From assembly GCA_038087875.1 (NCBI GenBank), contig CM075989.1, positions 3,348,001 through 3,412,000 on the forward strand: DNA of 64,000 nucleotides, given 5' to 3'. The notes under the pieces are model-generated. The model was not told where the DNA came from. It made no database searches and worked only from the letters and a program-made list of their open reading frames with translations. How positions within the stretch are numbered: position 1 is the stretch's first letter; each line of letters starts with the position of its first letter. Position numbers and translations under genes: made by a program. Positions 1 to 12,844 of the stretch are shown here, one piece after another. Source of the stretch: Malacoraja senta (lineage: Eukaryota).

Positions 1-90
1 CAATATTCAGCAAATAATTCTTACATCAGCTTCCAACAAGGTACTGAAGAAATGCTGCATCCCTTGCCTGTGCTCAGACCCTTCCCTGTC

Positions 91-225
91 TGTGTAGGAA
101 GGAACTGCAGATGCTGGTTTACACCCAAGATAGACACAAAATGCTGGAGTAACTCTGCAGGACAGGTAGTGTCTCTAGAGAGAAGGAATGGGCGATGTTT
201 CGGGTCGAGACTCTTCTTCAGACTC
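91..225 (-). mobile_element. Single-arm pLTR-derived repeat (family also at ~1127, 6615, 7231, 11971, 15041, 16877, 22520, 33475, 36237, 36938, 42165, 48785, 49248, 63283)
   Basis: Recurrent motif agacacaaaa(t/a)gctggagtaactcagcgg...agcatctctggagagaaggaat(g/a)ggtgacgtttcgggtcgagacccttcttcagact. Confidence 0.75.
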
Positions 226-304
226 CTTCCCTCATATCATGGGAGGGGCAGTGGTGGGATATGGCCTGACCCATGCACGCAGAGAAAGAAGAAACACCTC
301 AATA

Positions 305-600
305 TTTAGTTAGAGATACAGCGCGGAAACAGGCCCTTCGGCCCACTGAGTCCACACCGACCAGCAATTCCCACACACTAGCACTGTCATCCACACTAGG
401 AACCATTTACAATTTTTGTTTTTAACCAAAGTCAATTAACCTACAAACCTGTATGTCTTTGGAGTGTGGGAGGAAACCGGAGATCCCGGAGAAAACACTC
501 GCGGTCACGGGGAGAACGTACAATCTCCCCACAGAAGCACCCGTAGGCAGGATGGAACCCGGGTCTCTGGCGCTGTGAGGCAGCAACTCTACCGCTTGAG
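305..600 (-). mobile_element. HE1-type V-SINE (other minus copies: 3530-3797, 4490-4790, 9545-11948 split, 13975-14296, 19222-19612, 24712-25028, 46000-47295 split, 50605-50780, 62340-62632, 63790-64000)
   Basis: Reverse complement of the HE1 consensus features (tRNA-like head, V-domain, CR1-like tail). Confidence 0.85.
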
Positions 601-1629
601 TGAGTGCCGGTATTGATAATCTTATTAAATGTAAATGGCAAAACTGCCACACTGATGATTAATCTGAGAGATGTACTTCATGTGTTCAGCCACAGGGGGG
701 AGTCTGACTGAAGACTTCACAAAATGAAGTCCATCCCCTTCCCATTCAGCCAAATCGATGAGAAGTTTTTCACCTGAAAGAAATTCAAGGCTTTTCACTT
801 GATTTCCCTCTCCCGTAAAAATGTTCAGACAGCATTTACAAGGATGTTGCCTGGACTTGAGGGATTGAGCTGTATGCAGAGGTTGGGCAAGCTAGAACTT
901 CATTCCTTGGAGCGCAGGAGGATGAGGGGTGATTTTAAATAAGTGTATACGATCGTGAGAGGAATAGTGAATAGGTGAATACACAGTCTTTTACACAAGG
1001 TTGGGGAATCAAGAACCCGAGGACATAGGTTTAAGGTGAGAGGGGAAAGATTTAATAGGAACCTGAAGGGCAACTTTTTCACTCAGAGGCTGGTTGGTAA
1101 ATGAGGAAGTATTTGAGGCAGATACTGTGTGTAGGAAGGAACTGCAGATGCTCGTTAAGATAGACATAAAAAGCTGGAGTAACTTAGCGGGACGGGCAGC
1201 ATCTCTGGAGAGAAGGAATGGGTGATGTTTCGGGTCGAGACCCGGCATATATAGGCAGATATTAGAACAGCATTTTAAAGATAATTGGACAGGGACATGG
1301 AGAGGAAAGGTTTGGAGGGATATGGGCCAAACGTGGGCAGGTGAGATGAGCGTAGATGGGCATTTTGGGCGGTGTGGTCATTGGGCTGAAGGGCCGATGC
1401 CCATGCTGTATGACTCTATGACAAGAAATCAGATCTATAAGTTTGCATTTGTCAGACACCAAGTTCTCTGGGAATGAACACACTGCCGTAACCTCAGGGT
1501 CAAATGCAAGGACTCTGTCAGGAGGTTGGCGGGATCAGGAACTCAGCGGGACAGGCAGCATCTCTGGAGGGAAGGAATGGGTGACATTTCAGATCGAGAT
1601 CCTTCTTCAGATGGTTGGTGGGTATATGC

Positions 1630-2140
1630 GATACAATACGATACGATAGAACTTCATTGATCCCAGGAGGGAAATTGATCTGCCAACAGTCACAAAAACA
1701 CAAAATACATGAAACATGAAAACATGAACGAGTGGAAAGGCTTTGTGATGTGCAAAGATTGAAGAGGTGGGGGGGAGAGGGGGGAGAGGGGAGGGAGGGA
1801 GAGGGGGGAGAGAGGGGGAGAAGGGGGGAAGGGAGGAGGGGAGTCAGTCTCAGTCTCAGTCTACCCCACGACAGAAGGGGGAGGAGTTGTACAGTTTGAT
1901 AGCCACAGGGAAGAAGGATCTCCTGTGGCGTTCTGTGGAACCAGTCTGTTGCTGAAGGTGCTCCTCAGGTTGACCAGTGTGTCATGGAGGGGGTGAGCTG
2001 TGTTGTCCAGGATGCTCCGCAGTTTGAGGAGCATCCTCCCCTCCAAGACCACCTCCCAAGACCACCTCCCATCTGCCCCCAGGACGGAGCCAGCCTTCCT
2101 GATGAGTTTATTGATCCTATTGGCATCCGCGGGTGTGAAT
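1630..2140 (-). mobile_element. Rex1/Babar LINE 3' fragment
   Basis: ADANRINKLIRKAGSVLG...ILDNTAHPLHDTL...SNRL; (atacg)n tail on plus at ~1630-1646. Confidence 0.75.
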
Positions 2141-2345
2141 CTTTGCACAGATCCACACACCATGATAGAGACAGCTTGCCCTCCTCACCCCCAGGTGTAA
2201 GAGAAAAGCTGCCATACAAGATTCTGTGGCCCCACATCGGAAACGTTATGTTGCTGTTTTATTTTTTTGTTTAGTGTTTATTTAGCTTTGGAGACAAAGC
2301 ATCAAAATAGGCCCTTTGGCGTAAAGAGTCCACGGCAAACAATGA

Positions 2346-2851
2346 TAGGGTCGCCAACTGTCCCGTATTAGCCGGGACATCCCCATTCCTTGGGCTAAAT
2401 TGGTTTGTCCCATACGGGACCGCCCTTGTCCCGTATTTGACTGCTACTACTCAGATCGAGGGGACTGGCAGGTCGGAGTGCCGCGTCCGGCCCCGCCTCA
2501 CCCGTCCCAACATAGTGCAACCCAAGGAGTGCAGCAGCAGCAGCAGCAGCGCCTCGCCCGTGGCCCCATCGGTCGACAGCCCGGAAAGCTGTCCGACCTT
2601 CGGACCTTTGCTTCCCGCCGACATCACCACCCCTCCTTCTCATGGCCGATCATCGGTCCATGAGTTGGATGGGGTGCCAAAACTCCTCAGCTGGCCCGCC
2701 CGCCGGCTGGGCTTTGTGTGCAGTCCAGCACCCGGATCAACTCATCATTCACCCAGCCACGAACCGAGTCGGTCAACGAATTGCCGTCGGGAATTTGTCC
2801 CGTATTTGACCTTTGGTCCCTCATTTGGGAGTGAGAAAGTTGGCGACCCTA
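2346..2851. mobile_element. Non-autonomous hAT-like (Tip100-type) DNA transposon inside a SINE
   Basis: Terminal inverted repeats (TIRs) TAGGGTCGCCAACT / AGTTGGCGACCCTA; subterminal tgtcccgtatt repeats; degenerate 8-bp TSD (aacaatga / accatcga). Confidence 0.75.
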
Positions 2852-4920
2852 ACCATCGATCACCCATTCACGCTAGTTCTACCATATCCTTCTTTCTTAT
2901 CCACTCCCTACGTACTAGGGGCAATTTTCAGAGGCCAATTAACCTACAAACCCGCACTTCATTTGGGTGTGAGTGGAAACCAGAGCACCCGGAGGAAACC
3001 CACGCGGTCACAGGGAGAACGCGAAAACCACACAGACAGCACACGAGGTCAGGATCTGGTGCTGTGAGGCAGCAGCTCCACCCGCTGCACCAGCATACCG
3101 CCACTATGTCCCTGTAGTTGTACGCTGCATGCCAGGGTTCGGAGTAATATTTAATAGCTGTATTTAATATTTAATCAGCTGTCCATTATGTGTGAGAGTT
3201 TCACACTTGACATATTTCATGACTGAGAGCCAAATTGCATTATTCATTAACCGAGCTGAATCATGCCATTTGCTGACTGGATTTATTTTTCAAACCGAGT
3301 TTTAAACCCCAGCTCTGCATCAATGTCTACTTGCTCCCCTTCCTCACCCACTCCCGCCCTGAAAACAGAATCAATGCACTCCTCATTTGCACGCTCAGCT
3401 GCTGCAGTCCCTCCTTTTTAGCCAAAACGACCAAACCTCATCTTCCATCCCACCTAAGTTTCACTTAACAAAAATCCCTCTCAGCTGGGATCTACAGCTG
3501 CCAAATCGTTATCATCACAACTCTTTTCCTCAGTGCGGAAACAGGCCCTTCGGCCCACCGAGTCTGCGCTGACCAGTGATCCCAGCACACTAACACTACC
3601 CTACACACACGAGGGACAGTTTGCAATTCCTACTGAAGCCAATTAACCTACAAACCTGTACATCTTTGGAATGTGAGAGTGAAACCGGGTTACACGGAGA
3701 AAACCCACGCGGTCACGTACAAACTCCGTACAGGATTGAACCCGGGCCTCTGGTGCTGTAAGGCAGCAACTCTACCACTGTGCCACCAAGCCGCCCTCTG
3801 CGTACGTGACAATTAAAAACTCTTGTCTCTCGATTTTAAAGCCTTTTTCAGGATCCCCCCCCTCTCTTTTCCATATTAAAGACCCAGCCAGTTCAATCTG
3901 TCCGAATGGACATAACCTCTCAGTTCTGACATAAACATTTCCAGACATCTTGCTGCGCCGTCTCTCGCCGTTTGACATTTAGTTTTATAATGTGGAGATT
4001 GTGTATAATGACTAAAAACAGCACCATGACCTAGCGATCAAGAGGTATGCAGTCCAATCCCTCAACAGCAGCAGCCCTGGTATGTAAATTTAGTTAATTG
4101 AATAATTAGAATTGAGTATCACTAATGTTGGCCATAAAACGACAATATCACCATTTAAAATAACTTAGAGAAAGTGATTTACCTTCCTTAACTGGTCTGG
4201 GGTTCTAATTGACTCCACATGTAATCAGCAAAGTGATTGATTCAGGAACGGCCTAACAAGACCAGCCCCATGCTTCCACATTTACTGCACTGTGCAGCCC
4301 CTCTTGCACAAGGACCTCAGCTGCTCAAGATGGCGGCTGCCTGCCTGCCTGCCATCCATCTGCTCAGTGGCAGGTAGGGATGAGGAATAATTAAATGCAC
4401 GCCTCGTCAGCCATTCCCACATTCACGCACGTGGCATTGGGCCGAAGGGCCTGATCCTGTGCCGTACTGTTCAATTGATTGATTGATTAGGTTAGTTTAG
4501 TTTGGAGATACAGCGGGGAAACAGGCCTTTCAGCCCACCTGGCCCCACGCCGACCAGCGATCCCCGCACATTAACACTATCCTACACACACACTAGGGAC
4601 CATTTTTACATTAATACCAATTAACCTCCAAACCTGTACGTCTTTGGAGTGTGGGAGGAAACCAGAGATCTCGGAAAAACCCACGTGGTCACGGGGAGAA
4701 CGTACAAACTCCGTACAGACAGCATCTGTAGTCGGGATCGAACCCGGGTCTCTGGCGCTGTAAGGCAGCAACTCTACCGCTGTGCCACCGTAACTGCACT
4801 CGTTGATTTTTTGATACCTTATTGTCACATGTATAGGGTGCCGACATAGTTGCAATGGTCCCTCTTACTCCTCCCACACCCCGCCCCCGCCCCCGCCCCG
4901 CTGAGTCCCTCTGGGTTCTC

Positions 4921-4987
4921 ACTGGCATGTTTACACTGGCATGTTTACACTGGCATGTTTACACTGGCATGTTTACACTGGCATGTT
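4921..4987. repeat. 14-bp tandem repeat (actggcatgtttac) x~4.7
   Basis: Direct reading. Confidence 0.95.
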
Positions 4988-5414
4988 AGGTGTTATAAAC
5001 AAAAGCCATTGGCTCAATAGTTAAATCAAAGCCTAACATCCTCTTGAATTGGATGTAAAAATGAGCGGATCAAGCCCTGGGATTCTTTACCGAACTAACG
5101 TCAGCGTTGGAAATTCTTCACCACATCCCTCTCCTGGCTCCACAATGACATTGTTTCCAAGTTATTGTGTCCAGTGCAGCACGGTGGTGCAGCAGTAGAG
5201 TTGCTTCCTCACAGCGCCAGAGGATGTGGAGGCTTTGGAGAGGGTGCAGAAGGGGTTTCCCAGAATGCTACCTGGGTTAGGGGTTAGTAGGTACATCGAG
5301 AGGTTGGACAGATTTGGACTGTTTTGTCTGGAGTGCCAGAGGCTGAGGGAAGACCTGATAAAAGTAGATCAAGTTATGAGAGGCATAGGGTGAACAGTCA
5401 GTTAATCCCAGGTA

Positions 5415-5717
5415 GGGCGGCAAGTTGGCGCAGCGGTAGAGTTGCTACCTTATAACGCTTGCAGCACCTGAGACCCTGGTTCGATCCTGACTACGGGTGC
5501 TGTCTGTATGAAGTTTGTACATTTGCCCCGTGACCTGTGTGAGTTTTCTCCGAGATCTTCGGTTTCCTCCCACACCCCAAAGACGTACAGGTTTGGAGGT
5601 TAATTGGCTGGGTATAAATGTAAATTGTCCCTCGTGCGTGTGCAGGGATCGCTGGTCGGCGCGGACCCGTTGGGCCGAAGGGCCTGTTTCCGCGCTGTAT
5701 CTCTAAAACTAAACTAA
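5415..5717 (+). mobile_element. HE1-type tRNA-derived V-SINE, full length
   Basis: A box tggcgcagcggtag, B box ggttcgatcc, V-domain ggtttcctcccacac, CR1-derived tail gggccgaagggcctgtttcc, (taaac)n end. Confidence 0.9.
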
Positions 5718-5734
5718 GGTGCAAATACCAATGA

Positions 5735-5869
5735 CTAGAGGACATACAGTAGCTTGAGAGAGGACATACAAGCTAGAGGACATACAGTAGCTTGAGAGAG
5801 GACATACAAGCTAGAGGACATACAGTAGCTTGAGAGAGGACATACAAGCTAGAGGACATACAGTAGCTT
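5735..5869. repeat. 38-bp tandem repeat x3.5 inside a CR1 3' fragment
   Basis: Unit ctagaggacatacagtagcttgagagaggacatacaag at 5735, 5773, 5811 and partial 5849. Confidence 0.9.
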
Positions 5870-6036
5870 TGAACTGTGAAGGACAAAGTTGTGAGTTTAT
5901 TTTACACAGAGAGCGATGAGTGCCTGGAACGCGCTGCCAGGAGAGGTGGTGGAGACAGAGTCAGGCCCGGCACAAATCGCAGGAACAGCACCTTATATTT
6001 CCCTTGGACGGCTGACAACCCAACAGTATGAATTTT

Positions 6037-6588
6037 TTTTTTTTATTTTATTTTTTTTTTTTAATTATTTTTATTAGAAGTACGGTAAATTACAATAATA
6101 CACAACACTTATATCTTAATACATTTTTTATACCGCTTCATTTTTTTGAGCTTTAAGAGAAAGATAGAAGTAAGAAAAGTAAAGAAAGTGCGCAAGAGTC
6201 GTGAGGTGCAAGAGAGTGTTGTGAAAAGAAAGGCCCTTAGAAAAGAAGTTAGAGAAGGAAGTAAAGTAAGAAAGTAGACCCTAGAAAAGAAAGAAAAAGA
6301 AAGTAGGAACAATCGCAGAAAGGGGACCACCAACCAAGTCTGTTTTTGTTGTTTTACCTCCCATTACCAGGTCCTGATACCATTTCTTTATTTATTTATT
6401 TTTTAAATTACTATTGCACCTCATGCTTGTAATAGGTCCAAAAACGTAGACCACGTCTTTTGGAATTGGTCTGCTTTACCTGCTAAGAGGAATCTCATCT
6501 CTTCCAGATGTAATGTTTCAAACATATTTGATGTCCACATTTTTATTGTAGGTGTGGGCGCATTTTTTCAGAATTTAAGTATGAGCTT
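6037..6588 (-). mobile_element. 5'-truncated L1-clade LINE (3' end of ORF2, 3' UTR, poly-A)
   Basis: Minus translation PTIKMWTSNMFETLHLEEMRFLLAGKADQFQKTWSTFLDLLQ, homologous to the element at 34676-36213. Poly-T on plus; 15-bp TSD aac(a/g)gtatgaatttt (6022-6036 / 6589-6603). Confidence 0.85.
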
Positions 6589-8579
6589 AACGGTATGAAT
6601 TTTGAACTCAGAAGCTGCATCTCCGGAGAAAAGGAATAGGTGACGTTTCGTGTCGAGACCCTTCTTCAGACTGAGAGTCAGGGGAAAGAAGCTGGCTGAC
6701 CCGCTGAGTTACTCCAGCTTCTTGTGTCCATCTTCTGTTAAATGTAAAGTGTCTATCTGTAAATATAAATCATGTTCTTTTAAAAAACAGCGGTCATCTC
6801 GACCTACAATCTCCACGTAAGTGGCCTTCAAATGACTATGGGCTTCAGTGCAGTGATCCAATGACATAGGTGGTATTATCACAGGTACAGCAACAATCTC
6901 ATGTTATTTATCTTTCACTAAAACCACGCAAGGCTGAACATTTTGAGATGATCAGTTTCAAGGTTAACAGGAGCTGACTAATATCCAGGCTCCCATGCGA
7001 TGGGATTAAAGTAATGTTCAACAGATTGCACTGCACCACAACTGGCTGGATCAGTTTAATGTTTCACCAAGACCATCTGCTGCTGCCTTTCCTCCCTAAG
7101 CAGAGCTGCACAATTGGGCCCCACTCAGTCATTCCCCTCCTGCTCATTGCTGGTCGCTTGCTCTGGTCTAACTATGATCGAGCCGAGTTACCTGAATCCC
7201 TGTTGCTAGAATCCACTCCATGCATGGATAGGTAGACACAAACGGCTGGAGTAACTCAGCGGCTCAGGCAGCATCTCTGGAGAGAAGGAACGGGTGACGT
7301 TTCGGGACGTGGCCCGTTTTCAGATTGAGTTATTCCAGCAGTTTGTGTCTACCTTCGATTTAAACCAGCATCTGCAGTTCTTTCCCATACATCAATAGGA
7401 CAGGTTTGGAGGGATAGGCAGGTTGGACCAGTGCAGATGGGACATGTTGGCCGGTGTGAGCAAGTTGGGCCAAAGGATCTGTTTCCACACTGTATCACCA
7501 CAATGACGCTGTGACTCGATGACTTGATGACATGTGTAGTAACTGGTCTGCATTAATGCAGTACTGACCCTGTACCCATGCTTCCAGCATTTCCACATCC
7601 AATGTTCGCAACAAATCCTTGCATTTTGCATTTGTGGTAAAGACAATAGACAATAGGCGCAGGAGTAGGCCATTCGGCCCTTCGAGCCAGCACCGCCATT
7701 CAATGTGATCATGGCTGATCATCCACAATCAGTACCCCGTTCCTGCCTTCTCTCCATATCCCTTGACTCCGCTATCTTTAAGAGCTCTATCTAACTCTCT
7801 CTTGAAAGCATCCAGAGAATTGGCCTCCACTGCCGCCTGAGGCATAAAGACAAAGACTTATGGCTCAATGGTTCGAAGATAGACACAAAAAGCTGGTGTA
7901 ACTCGGGCAGCATCTCTAGAGAAAAGGAATAAGTGATGTTTCGGATCATGAGTTCAATGGTTCAATGGTATTTTATTGTCACCTGTACCTAAGTACAGTG
8001 AAACCCTTCTTTTGCACACTGCTCAGTGACAATCCTGCTATACATCAGGCACAGCCATACTAAGTATAAGAGTGTCAAATAGTAAACCATACTGAGTCAC
8101 TGCACATGGCGACACATTTTAGGTGCCATCTTGTACCCTTTATGTCCAATTTTTTTTAATGTTAAGAATTTTAATTTGGCCATAAAGGCCCGTTGTCCTG
8201 GCAACGGCACAGGGTGGGAGTTGCAGGGCTCGGCCTAGCCAGGTGAAGTTGTCGATGTCCACTACCGCTTGCTGTGCTGCTCCTTGCAGTTCAGCCTCTT
8301 GGAGCGGCTCCTGATCTAGTCGAGACCCAGGCCTCTGCAGGGCCTCCAGGGGCCTACTCCGCCCACTCCACCCACTCCGGCGTCTCCTCGACATTTGCCC
8401 GTGAAAGCACCGTCCCTCATCTCAGACGGCCATTGCTCATCCTCCCTGCCCCAGGGTACTTCCCACAGTCAACCCAGAGCACCTCCAAGCACCTCCAAGG
8501 GTGCGGGATGTAAGCCCCCAGCTCACTCACTAGCAGCGATCTTTCCCTCCGTCCACCGTCATCTTGAAGCTACACCTGC

Positions 8580-9545
8580 CTTCAGCGGTCGGGGCGTTGA
8601 GTATAAGAGTCAGGAGGTCATGATGCAGCTTTATAGGATGTTGCCAGGACTAGAGAGAGAGTCTGAGCAACAGGGAGGGGTTGAGTAGGATGGGGCTCTA
8701 TTCCTTGGAGCACAGGAGGATGAGGGGTGATCTTAGAGTGGTGTATAAAATCACGAGAGGAATAAATTGGGTAGATTCACAGAGAAGGTAAATCAAGAAC
8801 CAGTGGACATAGGTTGAAGGTGAAGGAGAAAAGACTTAATAGGAATCTGAGAAGTAACCTTTTCACACAAAGGGTGGTGGGTGCATGGAACAAGCTGCCA
8901 GAGGAGGTGGATGAGGCAGGGACTATCCCAATGTTTAAGAAACAGTTAGATGGGACAGGTTTGTTGGGATATGGACCAAGCGCAGGCAGGTGGGACTAGT
9001 GTAGCTGGGACATGTTGGCCGGTGTGGGCAAGTTGGGCCTCAAGGCCCGTTTCCACGCTGTATCACTCTATGACTCTATAGGACTTTGGTTAGGCTGCAT
9101 GTGAAGTATTGTTGCAATTCTGGTCATCCCCATTCCAGGAAGGATTTGCAGCCTTTGGAGAGGATGCAGAAGAGGTTCACCAGAACGGTGCCTGGATTAG
9201 GGGTTATTAGCTACAGGGAAAGGTTGGACAGACTTAGATTATTTTCTCTGGAATGTCAGAGGTTGAGGGGAGACCTGATAGAAGTATATATATCATTATG
9301 AGGGGCAGAGATAGGGTAGACAGTCAGAACCTTTTTCCCAGGATGGAAAAATCAAATACTAGAGGGCATAACTTCAGGGTGAGAAGGGGCAAAGTCTAAA
9401 GGAGATGTCTGGGGCAAGTGTTTTACGTACATGATGGTAGGTGCCTGGAACACGCTACCAGGTTTGGTGATGGAAGCAGATACGATGGTGGCGTTTAAGA
9501 GGCTTTAGGAAAAGCACATGAATATACAGAGTACGAAGGGAAGTG
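8580..9545 (+). mobile_element. Two adjacent degenerate CR1 3' fragments
   Basis: EYKSQEVMMQLY, RNLRSNLFTQRVVGAWNKLPEEV, LERMQKRFTR..PGL...RLRGDLIEVY. Confidence 0.8.
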
Positions 9546-9790
9546 TTTGGTTTAGTTTAGAAATACAGCGCAGAAAAAGGCCCTTCGGCCCACCAAGTCT
9601 GCGCCAACCAGTGATCTCCGCACACTAACACTATCCCACCCACATTAAGGACGATTTACAATTACCCCAAGCCAATTAACCTACAAACCTGTACGTCTTT
9701 GCAGTGTGGGAGGAAAACCGGAGATCCCGGAGAAAATCCACGCAGGTCACGGGGAGAACGTCCAAACTCCGTACAGGCAGCACCCGTAGT

Positions 9791-11887
9791 TCGGTTGAAA
9801 GGAAATAGTAAAAAATGGAAAGAGCCATGGTTTTCATGGGTAATTGGACACTTGGTTCGGAAAAAGAGAGAGATCTACAATATTTATGGGCAGCATGGAG
9901 TAAATGAGGTGCTTGAGGAGTATAAAGAATGTAAAAAGAATATTAAGAAATAAATTAGAAAAGCTAAAAGAAGATATGAGGTTGCTTTAGCAAGTAAGGT
10001 GAAAGTAAATCCAAAGGGTTTCTACAGCTATATTAATAGCAAAAGGATAACAAGGAATAAAATCGGTCCATTAGAGAGTCAGAGTGGACAGCTATCTGCA
10101 TAGCCAAAAGAGATGGGGGAGATATTGAACAATTTCTTTTCTTCGGTATTCACGAAGGAGAAGGATATGGAATTATGCGAGGTAAGGGAAACGAGCAGAG
10201 TAGCAATGGAAACTGTGAGATTCAAAGAAGAGGAGGTGCGGACACTTTTGAAAAATATGAAAACGGATAAGTCTCCAGGTCCTGACAGGATATTCCCTAG
10301 GACATTGAGGGAAGTTAGTGTAGAAATAGCAGGGGCTATGACAGAAATATTTCAAATGTCATTAGAAACGGGAATAGTGCCGGAGGATTGGCGTACTGCG
10401 CATGTTGTTCCGTTGTTTAAAAAGGGTTCGAAGAGTAAACCTAGCAATTATAGACCTGTTAGTTTGACGTCAGTGGTGGGCAAATTAATGGAAAGGATAC
10501 TTAAAGATAATATATATAAGCATCTGGATAAGCAGGGTCTGATTAGGAACAGTCAACATGGATTTGTGCCTGGAAGGTCATGCTTGACTAATCTTCTTGA
10601 ATTTTTCGAAGAGGTTACTAGGGAAATTGATGAGGGTAAAGCAGTGGATGTTGTCTATATGGACTTCAGTAAGGCCTTTGACAAGGTTCCTCATGGAAGG
10701 TTGGTTAAGAAGATTCAATTGTTGGGTATTAATGGTGGAGTAGCAAGATGGATTCAACAGTGGCTGAATGGGAGATGCCAGAGAGTAATGGTGGATGGCT
10801 GTTTGTCAGGTTGGAGGCCGGTGACTAGTGGGGTGCCTCAGGGGTCTGTGTTGGGTCCACTGTTGTTTGTCATGTACATCAATGATCTGGATGAAGGTGT
10901 GGAAAATTGGATTAGTAAGTATGCAGATGATACTAAGATAGGTGGTGTTGTGGATAATGAAGTAGATTTTCAAAGTCTACAGAGAGATTTAGGCCATTTG
11001 GAAGAGTGGGCTGAAAGATGGCAGATGGAGTTTAATGCTGACAAATGTGAGGTGCTACATCTCGGCAGGACAAATCAAAATAGGACGTACACGGTAAATG
11101 GTAGCGAATTGAGGAATGCAGTTGAACAGAGGGATCTAGGAATAACTGTGCATAGTTCCCTGAAGGTGGAATCTCATGTAGATAGGGTGGTAAAGAAAGC
11201 TTTTGGTGTGCTGGCCTTTATAAATCAGAGCATTGAATATAGAAGTTGGGATGTAATGTTAAAATTGTACAAGGCATTGGTGAGGCCAATTCTGGAGTAT
11301 GGAGTACAATTTTGGTCGCCTAATTATAGGAAGGATGTCAACAAAATAGAGAGAGTACAGAGGAGATTTACTAGAATGTTGCCTGGGTTTCAGCAACTAA
11401 GTTACAGAGAAAGGTTGAACAAGTTAGGTCTTTATTCTTTGGAGCGCAGAAGGTTAAGAGGGGACTTGATAGAGGTCTTTAAAATTATGAGCGGGTTAGA
11501 CAGAGTGGACGTGGATAAGCTTTTCCCATTGAGAGTAGGGAAGATTCAAACAAGGGGACATGACTTGAGAATTAAGGGACAGAAGTTTAGGGGGAACATT
11601 AGAGGGAACTTCTTTACTCAGAGAGTGGTAGCTGTGTGGAATGAGCTTCCAGTGGAAGTGGTGGAGGCAGGTTCGATGTTATCCTTTAAAAATAGATTGG
11701 ATGTGTATATGGACGGGAAAGGAATGGAGGGTTATGGTCTGAGTGCAGGTAGATGGGACTAGGGGGAAGTATTTTATTTTTAATTTAAAAATTTTTTTTT
11801 TTTAAATAAAAAAAAATAAAAATTTAAATGTTCGGCACGGACTTGAAGGGCCGAGATGGCCTGTTTCCGTGCTGTTATGGTTATATG
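9791..11887 (+). mobile_element. Young 5'-truncated CR1-clade LINE (HER1-like) inserted in an HE1 SINE
   Basis: ORF 10113-11762 has KSPGPD, NYRPVSLTS, QHGF, DFSKAFDKV, GVPQGSVLGP, YADD and RRRLRGDLIEVFK. The 3' end resembles the SINE tail. Short TSD gtagt (9786-9790 / 11888-11892). Confidence 0.95.
10113..11762 (+). pseudogene. CR1 ORF2 reverse-transcriptase and C-terminal region, 549 aa open; endonuclease domain missing
   Basis: Complete RT motifs including YADD. In-frame stops upstream (near 9951 and 10101) and 5' truncation show it is a dead-on-arrival copy. Confidence 0.9.
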
Positions 11888-12844
11888 GTAGTCAGGGTCA
11901 ATCCTGGGTCTCTCTCGCTGTAAGGCAGCAACTCTACCGCTGTGCCACAACAATGAGTCCTGTGCAGGAGAGAGACACAAAACGCTGGAGTAACTCAACG
12001 GGTCAGACAGCATCTCTGCAGAAAAGGAATAGATGATGTTTCGGGTCGAGACCGTTCTTCAGACAGGAGATACGTGCCACATATTTGCCACAGCCCTTGT
12101 GGGCTGAAGGGCCTGTTTCTGTGCTGTACCGTTCTATGTTCTATCACAAAAATACTTTCATCTGCCTATCAAAATCATGTGAGCCTACATTAGAATGGCT
12201 GACAAGAGGCATTTGCTCAACAAAGTCACAAACTTTTCTCTGTGGAGCTAACTAGCTGTTTAAAATCTCTTAACAAAAGTGTAGAGTCTGTGGCTAGAAA
12301 TATTATCACTCGAGCTAGCCAACATTAACACAAAATATCCTTTATTGATGACAGCCATTCTCAATCAAACCCCCAGTTACTGGTGGAACAATATACCAAG
12401 GTCACCTTATGGATTCACTTATTCTTAAACTCCCACAGTAATATTTTTTACAAAGCCTTGTGCGTGTTTTACACCTCCGCCTGGTCAATAGACAATGCTA
12501 CATTGAATTTAGAGCATGAATACAGGAGAATAGGTTGTCCGTGCACACGAACAATCCTCACAGAAATTCAGACGTAAGAATGAATGCTTCCTTTTCCCAT
12601 TCCACAGCAGCCTGGAGAGGTGGCTCAGGGTAAATCATAGCTTGAAAAAACACGGATAAATCCTTACTGAGAAGATGACAGTTCAGTTCAGTTTAGATTA
12701 TTGTCACGTGTAGCAAGGTACAGTGAAAAGCTTTTGTTACCTGCTATCCAGTCAGCGGAAAGACAATGCATGATTACAATCAAGCCATTTACAGTGTATA
12801 GATACATGATAAGGGAATAACGTTTAGTGCAAGGTAAAGCCAGC

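Noticed and set aside
2437..3117. 226-aa ORF
   Set aside because: It runs through a GC-rich non-autonomous transposon and a SINE; no recognisable domain.
4020..4430. Conserved non-coding element candidate
   Set aside because: It shares blocks with 40275-40612 and 56070-56370, so it is an old SINE copy.
5415..5495. tRNA gene (A and B boxes)
   Set aside because: It is the tRNA-derived head of HE1 SINEs, followed by the V-domain and LINE tail in many copies.
10113..11762. 549-aa ORF as a host gene
   Set aside because: It is a truncated CR1 ORF2 with a TSD, upstream stops and no endonuclease domain.
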